Source: Catajapyx aquilonaris
Taxonomy: Eukaryota
NCBI GenBank assembly: GCA_000934665.2
Contig: KZ538117.1
Span: 62,001-126,000 of the forward strand
DNA: 64,000 bases
Direction: 5' to 3'
The notes under the pieces are model-generated. The model searched no databases. It saw only the letters and a list, made by a program, of their open reading frames with translations, and was not told the origin of the DNA. The position numbers and the translations under genes were made by a program. Every line of letters starts with the position of its first letter. The first letter of the stretch is position 1. Shown here in pieces: positions 1-12,019 of the stretch.

Positions 1-1889
1 AAGGGTGACACTATGGGCTCTCTCTAGATTGACGCGTGGGAGATGGGTGGTGAGGTTGGGTGACGCGGATGAGGTGCTATGTGATGTCAGCGATATCACA
101 AAAAAAATTTCCAACGTCCATCCTGCCTTTGGATAGGAGTCAAGATTTTTTTCCTACCAAAATCTCGCTTTTATAAGGGTTATAAGGAATTTTTTTGAGT
201 TCATCAGGGTGGTTGCCAGTCAGAAAAAAAGCCAAATCTATATCCCATTGTCCCGTGAAAAATACCGGCTGCTTCACATTCAGCTGGCGCGTCTGAAAGT
301 GAAGGTGGAGGTGGAGGAAGCATGGATGGATTGACTGGGTTGCATTCAAAGAAACGAAAGCCTATATTTTGGCATTGGAAACAGCTCGGATAGAAATTTT
401 CGGCTCACCTTGTGTTCTTATTAGGAGTTTTGTAATCATGTAAGTACGTAACGGAATGCTCATTAGCAACGCTGTTCTGATGTGTACCAAAATCTGGTTT
501 GTTCGTTTGTACTGGGCCAGGTTGGAAGTTCTCATACATTAAACAACGTGTACAATGCAATTAGTATTAATTAATTTTCCTAACACAGCAAGTGAACAGA
601 CTTAAAACGAAATAATGCATACTGCATTAGGGTAAATTCTGATTATCCATATGACAACACGATGCCAGTTACTGCGATGAGCTCATTTTTAAAACTCACT
701 CTAAAATGTGATGCTGTTAGTATTTTAAATAATATATCAACTAAAAGTAGCCTGCACTACCTTCAACCACAGTCTGCATTATGATTGTGATTATTATGCA
801 TATTCCGCGCGAATATGAGGGGGAATGTGTAAAAGAGTATGCTACCGATATATAACAATATTTGCATAGTGGACTAGTGGAGTGCTCATAATTGGCGCAT
901 GGATAAGCGATGCAGTGTTGCAAAATTAAACGGTATGAATAATAAGATATCACGTACTTCGAAGCAGGGAATGCAAATAAATGTACATACCCTGTGAAGG
1001 ACATGTAGAATATTATTAAACGCTGGTGTGTATACGAATATATTGTTTGACGTCTGTTATGGAATGTGAGTCTATACTGTCTAAATGATCAGTATCGGAC
1101 TACTTGAAACCTGTCTTTACACGCCGTAAATTCAGGTACAAACTAATGAACAGATATTCAATACTCTTGATAAGCCATATGTCCGCTCAGAACGCGTTAG
1201 GCCTGTGGCGTTCCTATAAGGCTGGCTATAGACATTACATATTTTGCAGAACAATAGTGGCAGGAACATCTGTCTGTGTCAGTGTCTGTATATGTGTGGT
1301 TGTTTTAAAATGTTGCGGAGTTGAACCTTGGATGTATAGACTACATTTTGCCATCTCCAGGTTCTCCCAATTAATTGACTGCTTTAATTTGTGCATTGTG
1401 AAGTGTCTACAGGATATTAATATGTTCTACCCAGATGTTGCTACCAAAAGAAGAGTGTCATTTTCTGGAACAATGCAACGATCATCAGTATTGTTCACAT
1501 ACAAGTAGCTGGATGTTATTTAGCATGAAGCACACATGAGAGCTCACTAATAATAATTGCTGTAATTGATATTTCAAATTATTACTTAATTAAATGATGT
1601 CAGCATGTATAGTCCCCTTCAGCTGAATAGTGTTAGATAATAACAGTTGGAAATATCTGAATCACTGTAATTTTGACAAAAAATGTTTATATAGAGCTAC
1701 TAGATTTTTCTGCACCCACACAAAGCTGATTACGAGGCTGACCTGAAGCTCTCCAAATTTTTTTCTACCACATCTTGTGCGGTAGTCAGCAATACCCCCA
1801 CGATTTCACCCCTGGAGAATGCGCAAAGCTTCCCATTCTGTTGGCACCCGAAATGAGGCAGCGGGCTTAACCTTTCCACGCTGCGCCGG

Positions 1890-1986
1890 GTATGCGTGTG
1901 AGTGTCTATCCCTGTGTGTGTGTGTGGATGTTTGTTTGTTGGTTGGTGTGCGCCGACTCATCAAAGTTATTTTGATCGTTACTTAG
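1890..1986 (+). other. Putative 97-nt 5'-leader intron
   Basis: Donor-like CCGG|GTATGC at 1890, TG-rich body, branch-like GACTCAT near 1955, acceptor TTACTTAG at 1986. The acceptor is well supported; the donor choice is inferred. Confidence 0.5.
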
Positions 1987-2050
1987 GGGTCCCTGCAATC
2001 CTCGGAGAGGCGAGTGGACGCAACTACAGTAGCTTCCGCGCGGGGACGCT

Positions 2051-2195
2051 ATGAAAATGAGCAAAGTGGGCAACCAGACCAATTCACAGGACCCTCAGGC
2101 CATCAATTCACGTGTGTTTGTCGGCAACCTCAACACATTCCAGTGCACCAAGACGGACGTGGAGTGCATGTTTCAGCGCTACGGCAGGATTGCCG
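2051..2195 (+). CDS. HNRNPC: hnRNP C/RALY-like RNA-binding protein, first coding exon (N-terminus and RNP2 half of the RRM)
   Basis: Manual translation from ATG 2051 gives MKMSKVGNQTNSQDPQAINSRVFVGNLNTFQCTKTDVECMFQRYGRIA(G), matching the hnRNP C/RALY signature N.TN..DP...NSRVF(I/V)GNLNT. In-frame TAG upstream at 2030-2032, acceptor ttacttag ending at 1986, donor G|GTGAGT at 2196 (phase 1). The ORF track misses this frame. Exact orthology (HNRNPC vs RALY/RALYL co-ortholog) cannot be resolved here. Confidence 0.95.
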
Positions 2196-5078
2196 GTGAG
2201 TAACGTGCAAGTTTATATGGTCCAACGGTCGTCGTATGGGGGCGCCCAAAGCTGCCAAAGGCTCAGCCGCGCTCCTGGCGGCATTTTTTTGGGGGTGCAA
2301 ACAAAGGTTTCAGGCTGGATGTAACTAGATGAATGAATAGTCCAAAAGTTTGTCAAAATAAATATTTTCACAGCTACATTTCTGGCAACATTTTCCAGTT
2401 TGAGAATATGCAGTCGCGCACAATCTGACGCACTCCATTTACGTGTAACAATCGTATGGAAGCCAACAACGTTCCCACCTTATTATATACTCGGAGCCAT
2501 TGTGCGAAGCCGTTATTATTCCTACGGCGTGAACGAGCTACAGTAAACTGGCGCTTGCCCGATAATTTGCCGCCTGCTCTTTGACCTGCATCGTTGGCAC
2601 CATCGATAATTGAGCATGATCCGGATGCATGCGCAAAAATCCTTGCGAAAAAAAATTGAACAACAGCCCCCAAGCCCGTCTCTCTTTTTTTTGGGCCCCT
2701 CTTGTGTTGGCAGTGGACACTATAGCCCCAAGTGAAGGACCTCACCCGTTATTTTCGGGAGGTCATAACGCCGCTGCTCCACTATGAATAGGTGGATTCT
2801 AATCCGGGACCCGTTCTAAAAGCATTTTTCATCCTTCCCCCCCACATACCCTCTACCCTCCCTCACTACATGGGTGATGTTACTGGATGTGGGTTTTTGG
2901 GTTAGTTAGGCCGCTGGCGGGATCAAAAGTTAGCTCTGGGAGTAGGTAGATAAAGTGCATGCATCGGATGCAGGCTAATGGCCATCATACCACTTCGCTT
3001 CCAAAATTGAGTGGATTTCTTTCCAATAAGCTTCGGAGTTTCATCTATATGCAGCAGCACTTTTTGGCGTGTACCGGAGAGTCTAGCAGAAGCCCGTTAT
3101 TTGGACGTCAACACGGGCACAAATTGGCGCAAAATTAATTTTAGCCGAAATAATCAGAACCGGAAGTTTCTAGGTCTCACGTCAGCTAGTCACCTGCGAA
3201 CTCACCCTCTGACACTACCTCTCTTGAGAAGGAAATGCCTGATTGCTACACCCCGAACCCACCCACTCTCTCGGACGTCCACACTTATTATCGGATAATA
3301 ATCTCTCCATGTCTTGCTAGCGTGTCATCGACTTAATTCGGACCCTAGTTCCAAGCTGCATCATTATTTCATACGTCTCACTAATAACGAGCATGACGGA
3401 CAAGTCTTAACGACGTCCCAATTCCAGTTGCTCAGACGGTCGTCCCAGCAAATGAAAGCTCGTCCCAACCAATTGGAGCGCGAGTCCAAAGTTCGGATAG
3501 TTGCTAAGGTACACTGTAGCCAGTTTCCTCCCAAACATTATATATAAAATGAGAGAAGGTTCCTGGATATCAGAGAACCTTTTTTTCCAACTCGAATTTG
3601 TAGGACTTCATGGAGAAGCTTTGTGGAAACTGTGACCCCAGAGGCAAAATAATTACTAGGAAAGGCCGATAAACGACGAAGGGCTTCCTGCTATTCTTGC
3701 CAAAAGGTTACCCTGCCGGTATGTGGCGGTTTGACCTGAAGCGGGAGTGTATAGGCTATTATTATTACAATCAGGGATTCCCACCATGGGGAAGCGCAGC
3801 TATTATTCAAGCTGGTGTTGGCTGTACTATAGGAGATAGTGGGAAGGAAACGGTTTTGGACTATATGAAACAAGCAGTACAAACGCTGGAGGTATAGGAA
3901 AGAGATGTTCTTACTTGAATGTGTATTTACAATGCATATTTTTTTTGAGTTTGTATATGGTTCGGCACCTTCATATAAAAAGAGGCAGACTAATGCCAGC
4001 TTTTACCTCATTAAATGGCGCTCAACTTTCCTGTAGTATTATTTTCAGAGAGTAGCAAGTTTTTGGAGCCAATTCAAGCACTTGAATGTGAAGTTCAAAT
4101 AATGAAGGGCTTGAAATATTTTCTGGGGACGACAGACGGGTTCTTCTTTATAGAGCCAAGCCGTACACAAATTAGGCGTTTTAAAACCTTCTTTCGTTGC
4201 ATCTAACAAGAATGACGAGTTGTAATTGCATGACGGAGACAGGGCTTCTCAACTGACTTCTTTTGAAAAAGCCAGCCGAAGAGGGAATGAAATGTGGATA
4301 TAACCATTCATCAGAATAGCCATTTATCATCTTAGAACACAATCTGAAATTAGGCGTTGCTATATCTTCATAATCACTGCTCACTGATATCTTCAGACAT
4401 TTGCACTGCAACATCGTATCAACCAGAGAGTTGCACAACATAATGAACCCTTTCGAAACATTTGTGACCTCCCATATCTTTGTGGCCACCCAGAAAAGAC
4501 TTCTTCTTGAACCCAATAAATCTGGTTGGGACCGCTCGTACAGAAAGGAATGTAACTAGCATGTCGAGTGTGCATGAGCCCTACCATTTGCTTGTTCATT
4601 GGATCGGAAGCGACTCTGTGATGTGCTCCCTAGACGAAGCAAGCCTGGAATTTTCTCATTTATTACCAAAGGACACGGCTAATTGCTTCGCCTGCTTCCC
4701 AATACTTTTTCTCTCCCCTCGTCTTTTCCGGAGCGGAAAAACAGTCAGAGGGAATTTGAAAATGATGGCGGGGGAATCGATCCTGCTGACACTATTTACT
4801 CGGAACAGAAGCCATTCTCCTGCGCTCAACTGCAGTGCGTGATGATTTGCCTACTTTCGGCACCGGGCAAGTGATGACGATATTTATAGGAGCACCGATA
4901 GGCTCGACGGTGGGGCGAGCACATTCATCCGTCGTCTGGATCTAATATTAAGGCGGCCTTACAGCCCCAGTTACATCTTGCTAATTGCCATTTCCGGATT
5001 TTAACATGTAAACTTATAGGCGGCATGCTCTGACCTAGTACTAGGTGAAATAACATTAAATAGTTATGAGATAATGTA

Positions 5079-5801
5079 TAGTACCCACAGCATAACTTCT
5101 TAAAAAGTAGGCGGCGACCTTTGCCCCTCCAGACACCCAACCTTTTATAGGGTCGCAACCCCATTTTATGATAGTCAAGGAACCTGCAACCCCCCGAGTG
5201 TTAGTAGGATTTGAAAAAACCTTCGCGGTGAAATTTCCTAGAAAAATTTATTTTTAATTTATAAAAATAACCACTGCCTTAAGCGATCTGATTGGTGGAG
5301 TAGATCCTTCGGTGGGTGGGTACAGTGCGGTCCATAGGAAATCCTCTTTTGAAACCCTACTGTGTATTTCTCGCAATATTTAGGACATGCACTTTTTTTT
5401 TGGAGAAGTTTGGCTGTCGGTAAGGTATCATCCTATTTCGCCGCCTTTCGATATGCCATCCCGGTAATCGCCGCCGATGATTCATTCCCATTCGCCGCCT
5501 TCGCCATTCGCCGCCTGCGAAACTGGTACACGAAGACGCATTGATTCTCTAAAATGCAATGATTAGTGTGGGGTCGTGAAGGGAAAAAACCTGTATCCGC
5601 TGAAGATAGGGCTGTATCCGCAAGGAAGGAAGGTTAGGTTATGTTATGTTGGTACAGCGTACCGTACCCCTGCCACATTCGGTCTTCCTATATTATAAGC
5701 GGCGATATAATTATGGCTACGGCAAGATAACACGGCGGCGAAATGGGAAACGGCATAATGCAAGGCGGGCGCGGCGGTATGGGGTGTATTCGTGGGTAGT
5801 A
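5079..5801. mobile_element. TA-flanked Tc1/mariner-type MITE (family D, copy 1) interrupted by two insertions
   Basis: Left end ta|tagtacccacagcataacttcttaaaa. Internal blocks align with 39489-39722. The right TIR is split by the 5424-5791 element, and an extra ~140 bp lies at ~5129-5270. Confidence 0.7.
5424..5791. mobile_element. Non-autonomous TIR element with subterminal (t)cgccgcc repeats, degenerate 8-bp TSD (Merlin/MULE-like)
   Basis: Ends ggtatcatcctatttcgccg / cggcggtatggggtgtattc. cgccgcc is repeated on the left and ggcggcg on the right. Flanks gtcggtaa / gtgggtag match 6/8. Superfamily is tentative. Confidence 0.6.
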
Positions 5802-8800
5802 TAGTGGATTTCTGGGGTATGGGTGCAGCCTCCAGTGACCTTGTCTAACTGCGCCTGTCGGTTATGCTGTCCGTACGACAAGGGTGCAGTTGCATATAAG
5901 TCAGGATGAATTGCGGTCCATGTCACGGCCAGTTGAAGGACAGCTCTATTCAAGTTGAAAATAGAGCTAGGTGTCAATTATTTTTAACAAGTTCTACAAT
6001 CGATGATACCCCAATTCAACTGGTACCAGTACTGTCCAGATGTATCCTCGCGAGCTGCTATCACAAAATTCGGCCACTTTTGGAGCATGCACCCATGGCT
6101 GAGGAATGGCCGTTAGAAGCAGGCTGGGCTTTTCCCGAGTTGGGTGAACTCGCAAGTTGGCGAAGTCTGGAAACGAGGGCGGCGCCATAGAAGAAGCCAG
6201 ATTCTGGACGAGTGCCACGGTTTTCATCAAAATTGAGCCACGTAAGATGATGAGATCCTGCGCAGGCTGAGCAGAAGAGCTTGGGGTCCATTTCTTCGGC
6301 CAACGTCAGCCTCACCTTCGCACTGAGCTTGGGGGGGTTACGGCCTCCGTCCCTAGGACAAAGTGCGCTCTGATGGAAAAGCAATTTCATGGGCTATCGA
6401 AAGCGTCGCCCTCCCACCGAACTCAAATTAAGTTTTCATTACTCCCAGGCCGGGCCCCATGGCCATACTTAATGGATTGCACCGATTTTACGCCGGGTGA
6501 TGCTCGTCGCTGGGGTCACTCCCATGATTTATGAAGTATTAAAGGGACGCCAGGGGTCCTTTTCGGGACTGGCTTGGACAAAAGGAGCCTAATCTGCCGC
6601 AGCACAAAGGGGTGGGTGGGGGGATGGCGCTTCCTGGTTCTTCTGATGCTTGCTCTCAAAACTGCTCTCCATCCGGACTCTTTCGACACTTGATAGCTCT
6701 GGAGGGACTTATTGGACACCTAGACCTGAAGTTTGGGGCCAGGTAGGAGTTGATCGGCTCCTGTTTCTTCGCATATTGCTCAGGGAAAAGTTATGAGAAT
6801 TCCTTCAAGGCTTAGCTATAGCAGTGCACCGGTCATTACGTGTGTCGTGGAGTGACGTTCGAGGAAAATTCGAATTATAATGGTGTTTTCATGTTGTCCA
6901 ATGGCCTTTGCATGGAATCTACTTAGTGGATTAAACTGAAATGTGGGCCTCGAGGGTCATCAATAATTGGTCAAGCTTAAGTACCTTTTGTTTCATTTTG
7001 GAACAGTGACTCACATTCTACACGCTACTTCTACATTTAGGGACACCCTGTACTGTAAAGTAATTCAAAAAATGACGCTGGCTGTGAGTGATAGTGCTCT
7101 GTATAGGAAAACCTAATCATTTTATAATTGGTACTCTCATGGTTGGTAGCCGTACCGCACAGTACATTGAAATAGGTCTACTAATCAATATCTGAGTTGT
7201 GTTGAAATGCGTGGCTCCACATTTTGCAGTAGGGAGTTGGTCTTCGTAAAGGTTTTGAATCTGATAGCGAATGTATTTTCATCCACTTTGCACAGTAATC
7301 TCTGCATTATTCATTTGTAACAAGATGACTGTAATCTGATATTTAAGTAGCCAATATGAATTTCACCGTGAAAGTTTTACATATCAGTATTTTGTAAATG
7401 TGAATTATGTCAGGCCCACAGCTATAGTGTTATATTAATACTTTAAATCAAACTACAAAAATATTAAATTCTAGTACCGGTATTCCACAAAATATTCCAT
7501 TAATAAGCTCTTTCGCATTTCCAGAGGGTACAGTATTTTAAACCAGAGTCATAGTTACGGTCCTTCATTGGTAGTCTACAGGTACAAGGACATTATTTTC
7601 AATCTTTGTAGAATGTAGATCATAACATTCGTCTTATAGGAGAAGACTCCGACAATCACTGCTGGATGTCCTCATTTACCTATTCATACAGGTTTTATGG
7701 CCGCTGACAAACGAGACAATGAAAAAGGAAGTAATGTACACCAAAGATGAAATGTTCCAAAATATTTCGATATAAGATGCCCTCCTGTTTCACACCCCGA
7801 CATAACAAATGCATTGCATTGTCCGTTGCTCCAATATTACATGCTGTGCTCCCATCCGACCTGGGCGTAACGCCGTAAGATTATGGCAGTGTTTGGAGAC
7901 AAATAGGGCAATCTGGCAAACGCGACTTGTTGGCGTCGCGGTTTTCTCCTGCAGGACAAAAGGACGCTCCCCATCCCTCCCCCACTCTCCTCCTCCCTTT
8001 TTTGGCCGCCACCATATAACCTCAGATTGCCCATATTGAACAGCCGTTAGGAAGTTTGAAATCACCCATCAGCCAGCTTGGAAACGCTTGTCATGCTTAT
8101 GTGGGGAAACAACCATTGAGAACGTCTGATGTCTGCTGTTCGAGAGAAAATTGTCCCATGATCATGCCCGATAATAGCGTAACACAGACATTAGCGCCAC
8201 TAACCCTCCCCGACCTGTTATGTAGCGCAAGTTGCCAACGACCAAAGTTCTGGATCGGCAAGGAATGTTAATGCATATGGGTGAAAAAATTGTTCAGTTT
8301 TCACGGCTCTCTTGTAGCTGAAAGTACATTGAAACGCTGTGATATTGTTGCTCATCACTGTGAACTGCTGGTGTTCAACGTTACAACTGCATGGTGTTGG
8401 TGGAGGAGACAATGCGACTGACTCTGTCTACGATCCATTCTGTGGGTGCGAAGTTTCCTGGCTGATGGGGGGGTATTCGTGCCCACTGCAGGGGTTTTCA
8501 TTAGAGGTGAAGGACACGTAAAACCGGTTTTTCAGGGTGCGGAAAGACCGCCATAATCCCAGGCCCTCATCGGCCTCATCTTGCGACCCTATAAGATTCG
8601 GTGGAATGGGATGTGGGACGATGCAGGCGTCCAGTCCATTTACTTCATGGCCTGATAATATACACTGTTAGGAACACAATGAAATAATTGAATCGGCACA
8701 ACTCGCCTGTTATTTAGAAGGTGATGGGAAGCTATTGGATGTCGGATTCCTTACGTGGCAATCGGGATTCCAACAATTGTTGCGTTTGGCCAGCAATATA

Positions 8801-11562
8801 TTCTTCACAGCTGCTTTATGAAAATATAGTATTCGTAGTTTATTTTCAAATTTAGCTTATCCCACCTGAAGGGCCGTAATTTTTCAAATCTTCTTTATGC
8901 TGTAGCCTACATTGCTATACATACCTGATGGGCATACACTATACACTGTTCCTGCACAAATCTTTGCTTATGGAGCAGTAACTTTTCTGGATAATTTCAA
9001 TCAAATCTGAACGCCTCTTGTTATCATTCGCACTGCATCAAGTGTAGCTAACGTGAACTTTCATACAAAAGCGTAATTTAAAAAAAATAGTCGATAAAAC
9101 CCTGGCTAGGATTCCAGGAGATAAATTTTCATAATATTGATGGCAGAGAAAGGCTGACACAGTTTTGCAGATCAGAAAGGAAATCCTATATTCTGCGGCC
9201 TGAATGAATAGCTCTTTCAAACAAAAAAAAAATCAGGTAGATATACTTTGATGCACCACAGAAGTGTGAATACATCGGAAGTTTTTTTATTAACACACTC
9301 GTCTATTCATAAAAGTTCATCGAATGTTTCAATAGAGCAAAAATCGGAAATATTCCGAGAACTGCATTATTTCACTGCATTGTTCTATTACCCAAAGGTT
9401 TCTCACTCCATATGTGTGCAGGTGAGCCATGTTGGAGCAAGTACGAGCCACCCTTCCTCTTCAGCCCTTGCAACTTGATTCCCCTCCTTCCATCGTCTCC
9501 CCTTCAGTCCCCGACATCTGATCAATCCTCCTATCCTCCCATTTCCACTCTTCCTCTTCCTCGATGGCAGTCAGAGTGCAGCAGCAGCGACACTGCACCA
9601 TTTCTATAGTTGATTGGTCCAGAGCTAAGCAAGGTAGACAGCAGAGTGGGCGAGCAGGATTTATGGCGTAAAGTTAGATGGGCCATCCACTTGGGCGGCA
9701 ATTAGACGAGCATCCCAATCCTCGCCCGCCCCTCATTCCCTCCAGCTCCCCTCTCACAACCGCCTCCTCCCGACGCCATTACCGGGCAACGATCTACGGG
9801 AATAACTTTGCAGAGCTCTCTCTCTCTCCCCCATGCTCCATCCCCTCTTTTTTCTGCGTCGCCTCTCTCCCTCCCTCCTGAGACACAATGGGGCGGAACT
9901 TGGCGACGACGTGAGAAGTGTCCCGTTAGCCTCTTTTGCCATGCTGGGGGCATCCGCCAGCCCCCACTTGACGTCCTCCATGCCACCTCCCCCGCCACCT
10001 CTTTTTCTCCTTCCTTTTCCAAGCTTTGGGATTGCCCAGAAGCAGTCGGATGAAAGATGCCAGAGCCCCCTGGCCCCATTTATATGACCCTATTTGCAGA
10101 GGGTGTAGTGAAAGGACTAGGGTTGCCACCTTTGGACCATTTGATCCGGATGGCGAGCCTTGGACGCGGTGCACTAGCTGATATTGGAAGGGGGATAAAA
10201 TATCTGGGGAGATATATTAGTTGGAGGATGGTGGATGCATCTGGTGGCTTGGGTGCTCACTGGAGTTGGGGAGGGTCGGATTTAATTGGTGATTAAAAAT
10301 GGCCGTGTTGTGTGGCGTGGGATGTGGTATGCGGTTGGAAGAGGTACAAAAATGTGTGGACAATTTTAACTAGTGCAGATATTGCAAAAATAACATGTTA
10401 ACCACATAGTCGTATACAGAAAAGGCTAGTCAGTTGACTCCCCAAGGTGGTCATTGGAGCATATCCAGAAGAAAATACTACAGTGTCTCAGATCTTGCAC
10501 AAAAATTTTACCTCAGTTTACCTTTGCCAAAGGTTCACTTTAATACATCAAGGAGGAGAAAGTACGGCATCCTCTCGAGGGATTAAAGAGAAATTCAGGG
10601 TTATTAATATTACAGTTAGACAAGAGAGCGAGTCAAGTCGGTGTGATAATCCAAGCATATCATTGTGTTGCTTATGGAATTCTCCTTCTAGCTCTAAAAG
10701 CTCATATTCCTTCGTACAGTGTATGAATACCGCTATGCAGAATTCTACTTGAATAGAGTGGCTGCTAAATTATTTCGAAATAGGCAGTGATACTGTAATA
10801 ATGATTACACCCTGATAACAACAGGCCTGCCTCCGAAATCACACATTAAAATACACTGTAACAAACACTCTACCAGCAGATTAGGCTTGGTGGCACCGCT
10901 CCATTTTTGTAAAAAAAAATCTAGTACAGTACGTGCATGAAGGAAGTTAGCGTTACACATGACCATTAGCAGATAACAGGCCTGTGCGTGTATGCATGTT
11001 TTGATTCTATATAATAATTGAACATGCGTGAGACTCCCAAAATAGCACTTGTAAGCGATGTTCCGGACCTAAATCTGCAACTAACCGATTGCAGTATCAG
11101 ACACCCTTCCATCATTTAGTGTCCCGAATTGATCTGAAATAAAGGACAGAGTACCTTCACTTTAAAAAAAAATGTGCTCGTTGTTTGGAACGGGTCAGAG
11201 TTGGACAGGGCGGTGCTGTAATCATGAGGAGTAAATGGCGGAGCGGCGATTGCGGTGCTCACCATTCGCCACATGAGGCCTGGCTTAACGGTCTGTTTAT
11301 CGGCTCTCCTAGTTGGTCTGTATTCATACCTTTTCACAACCGCCACTTGCATTTGATACTGGCAATACGAGCTGGCCGCCACCAAGTCCGGATTACAGTT
11401 TTAGCCCTTCATTGAATCTGGCGCTTAGATGTGTTGGAGAGTCAACCGAAAAATACTACTTGGCTGCCACACGTCATCGTTTGACCGATTTGCGTGCCAC
11501 GCCATTTGTGAATGAGATTGTGTGCGCTGGGGATGATGAATGCACTCATATATGCACTGGCA

Positions 11563-12019
11563 CACACACAAAAAATCACTGGGGGAAATCATAGGAAAAA
11601 CGTGCTAAAAACACGCCATCATTTAGATTATTCTGCTTTTTAAATCTGATATACGCATGGAAAGCAACCTTTTACTATATTGATATGAGGTTATACCGAC
11701 TGGCACGCTAGTTGGGATTTATACCGGATTTCTTAGGCCGAGGCAGGGTCGAAAATTGCTGCTTGGCTGTTTGAGATGTCGTGAATGGCAGGGGATGAAT
11801 GTGGAGGACTTTGGGCATTCATGTTGTAGTGCTCTGGTTTAGAAAGTGAAAATCGAGATTTTCTAGACGAGGGGTTATGGGAGGTGGAAAGAGTTCACCC
11901 CAACACTGCATAGTCAGTTTACTCCCTAACGTAGTCAGTTAACTCGACAAGGTGGTCAGTGAGCATATCCAGTTTGACTACCCAAGGGGGTCAACGGACC
12001 ACTCCATTTGTTGTGTGTG
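11563..12019. mobile_element. Degenerate MITE with CACACACAAAAAAT termini and ~21-bp subterminal tandem units
   Basis: cacacacaaaaaat ... atttgttgtgtgtg|ta. Units such as tagtcagtttactccctaacg / tagtcagttaactcgacaagg at 11911-11990, with a related fragment at 10427-10468. Confidence 0.5.

Noticed and set aside
2014..2199. 61-aa ORF over exon 1
   Set aside because: Wrong frame; the hnRNP C-like frame starts at 2051.
4015..4874. Cluster of overlapping ORFs as a transposase or retroelement remnant
   Set aside because: Manual translation of several frames showed no DDE, RT or GIY-YIG motifs I could recognise.
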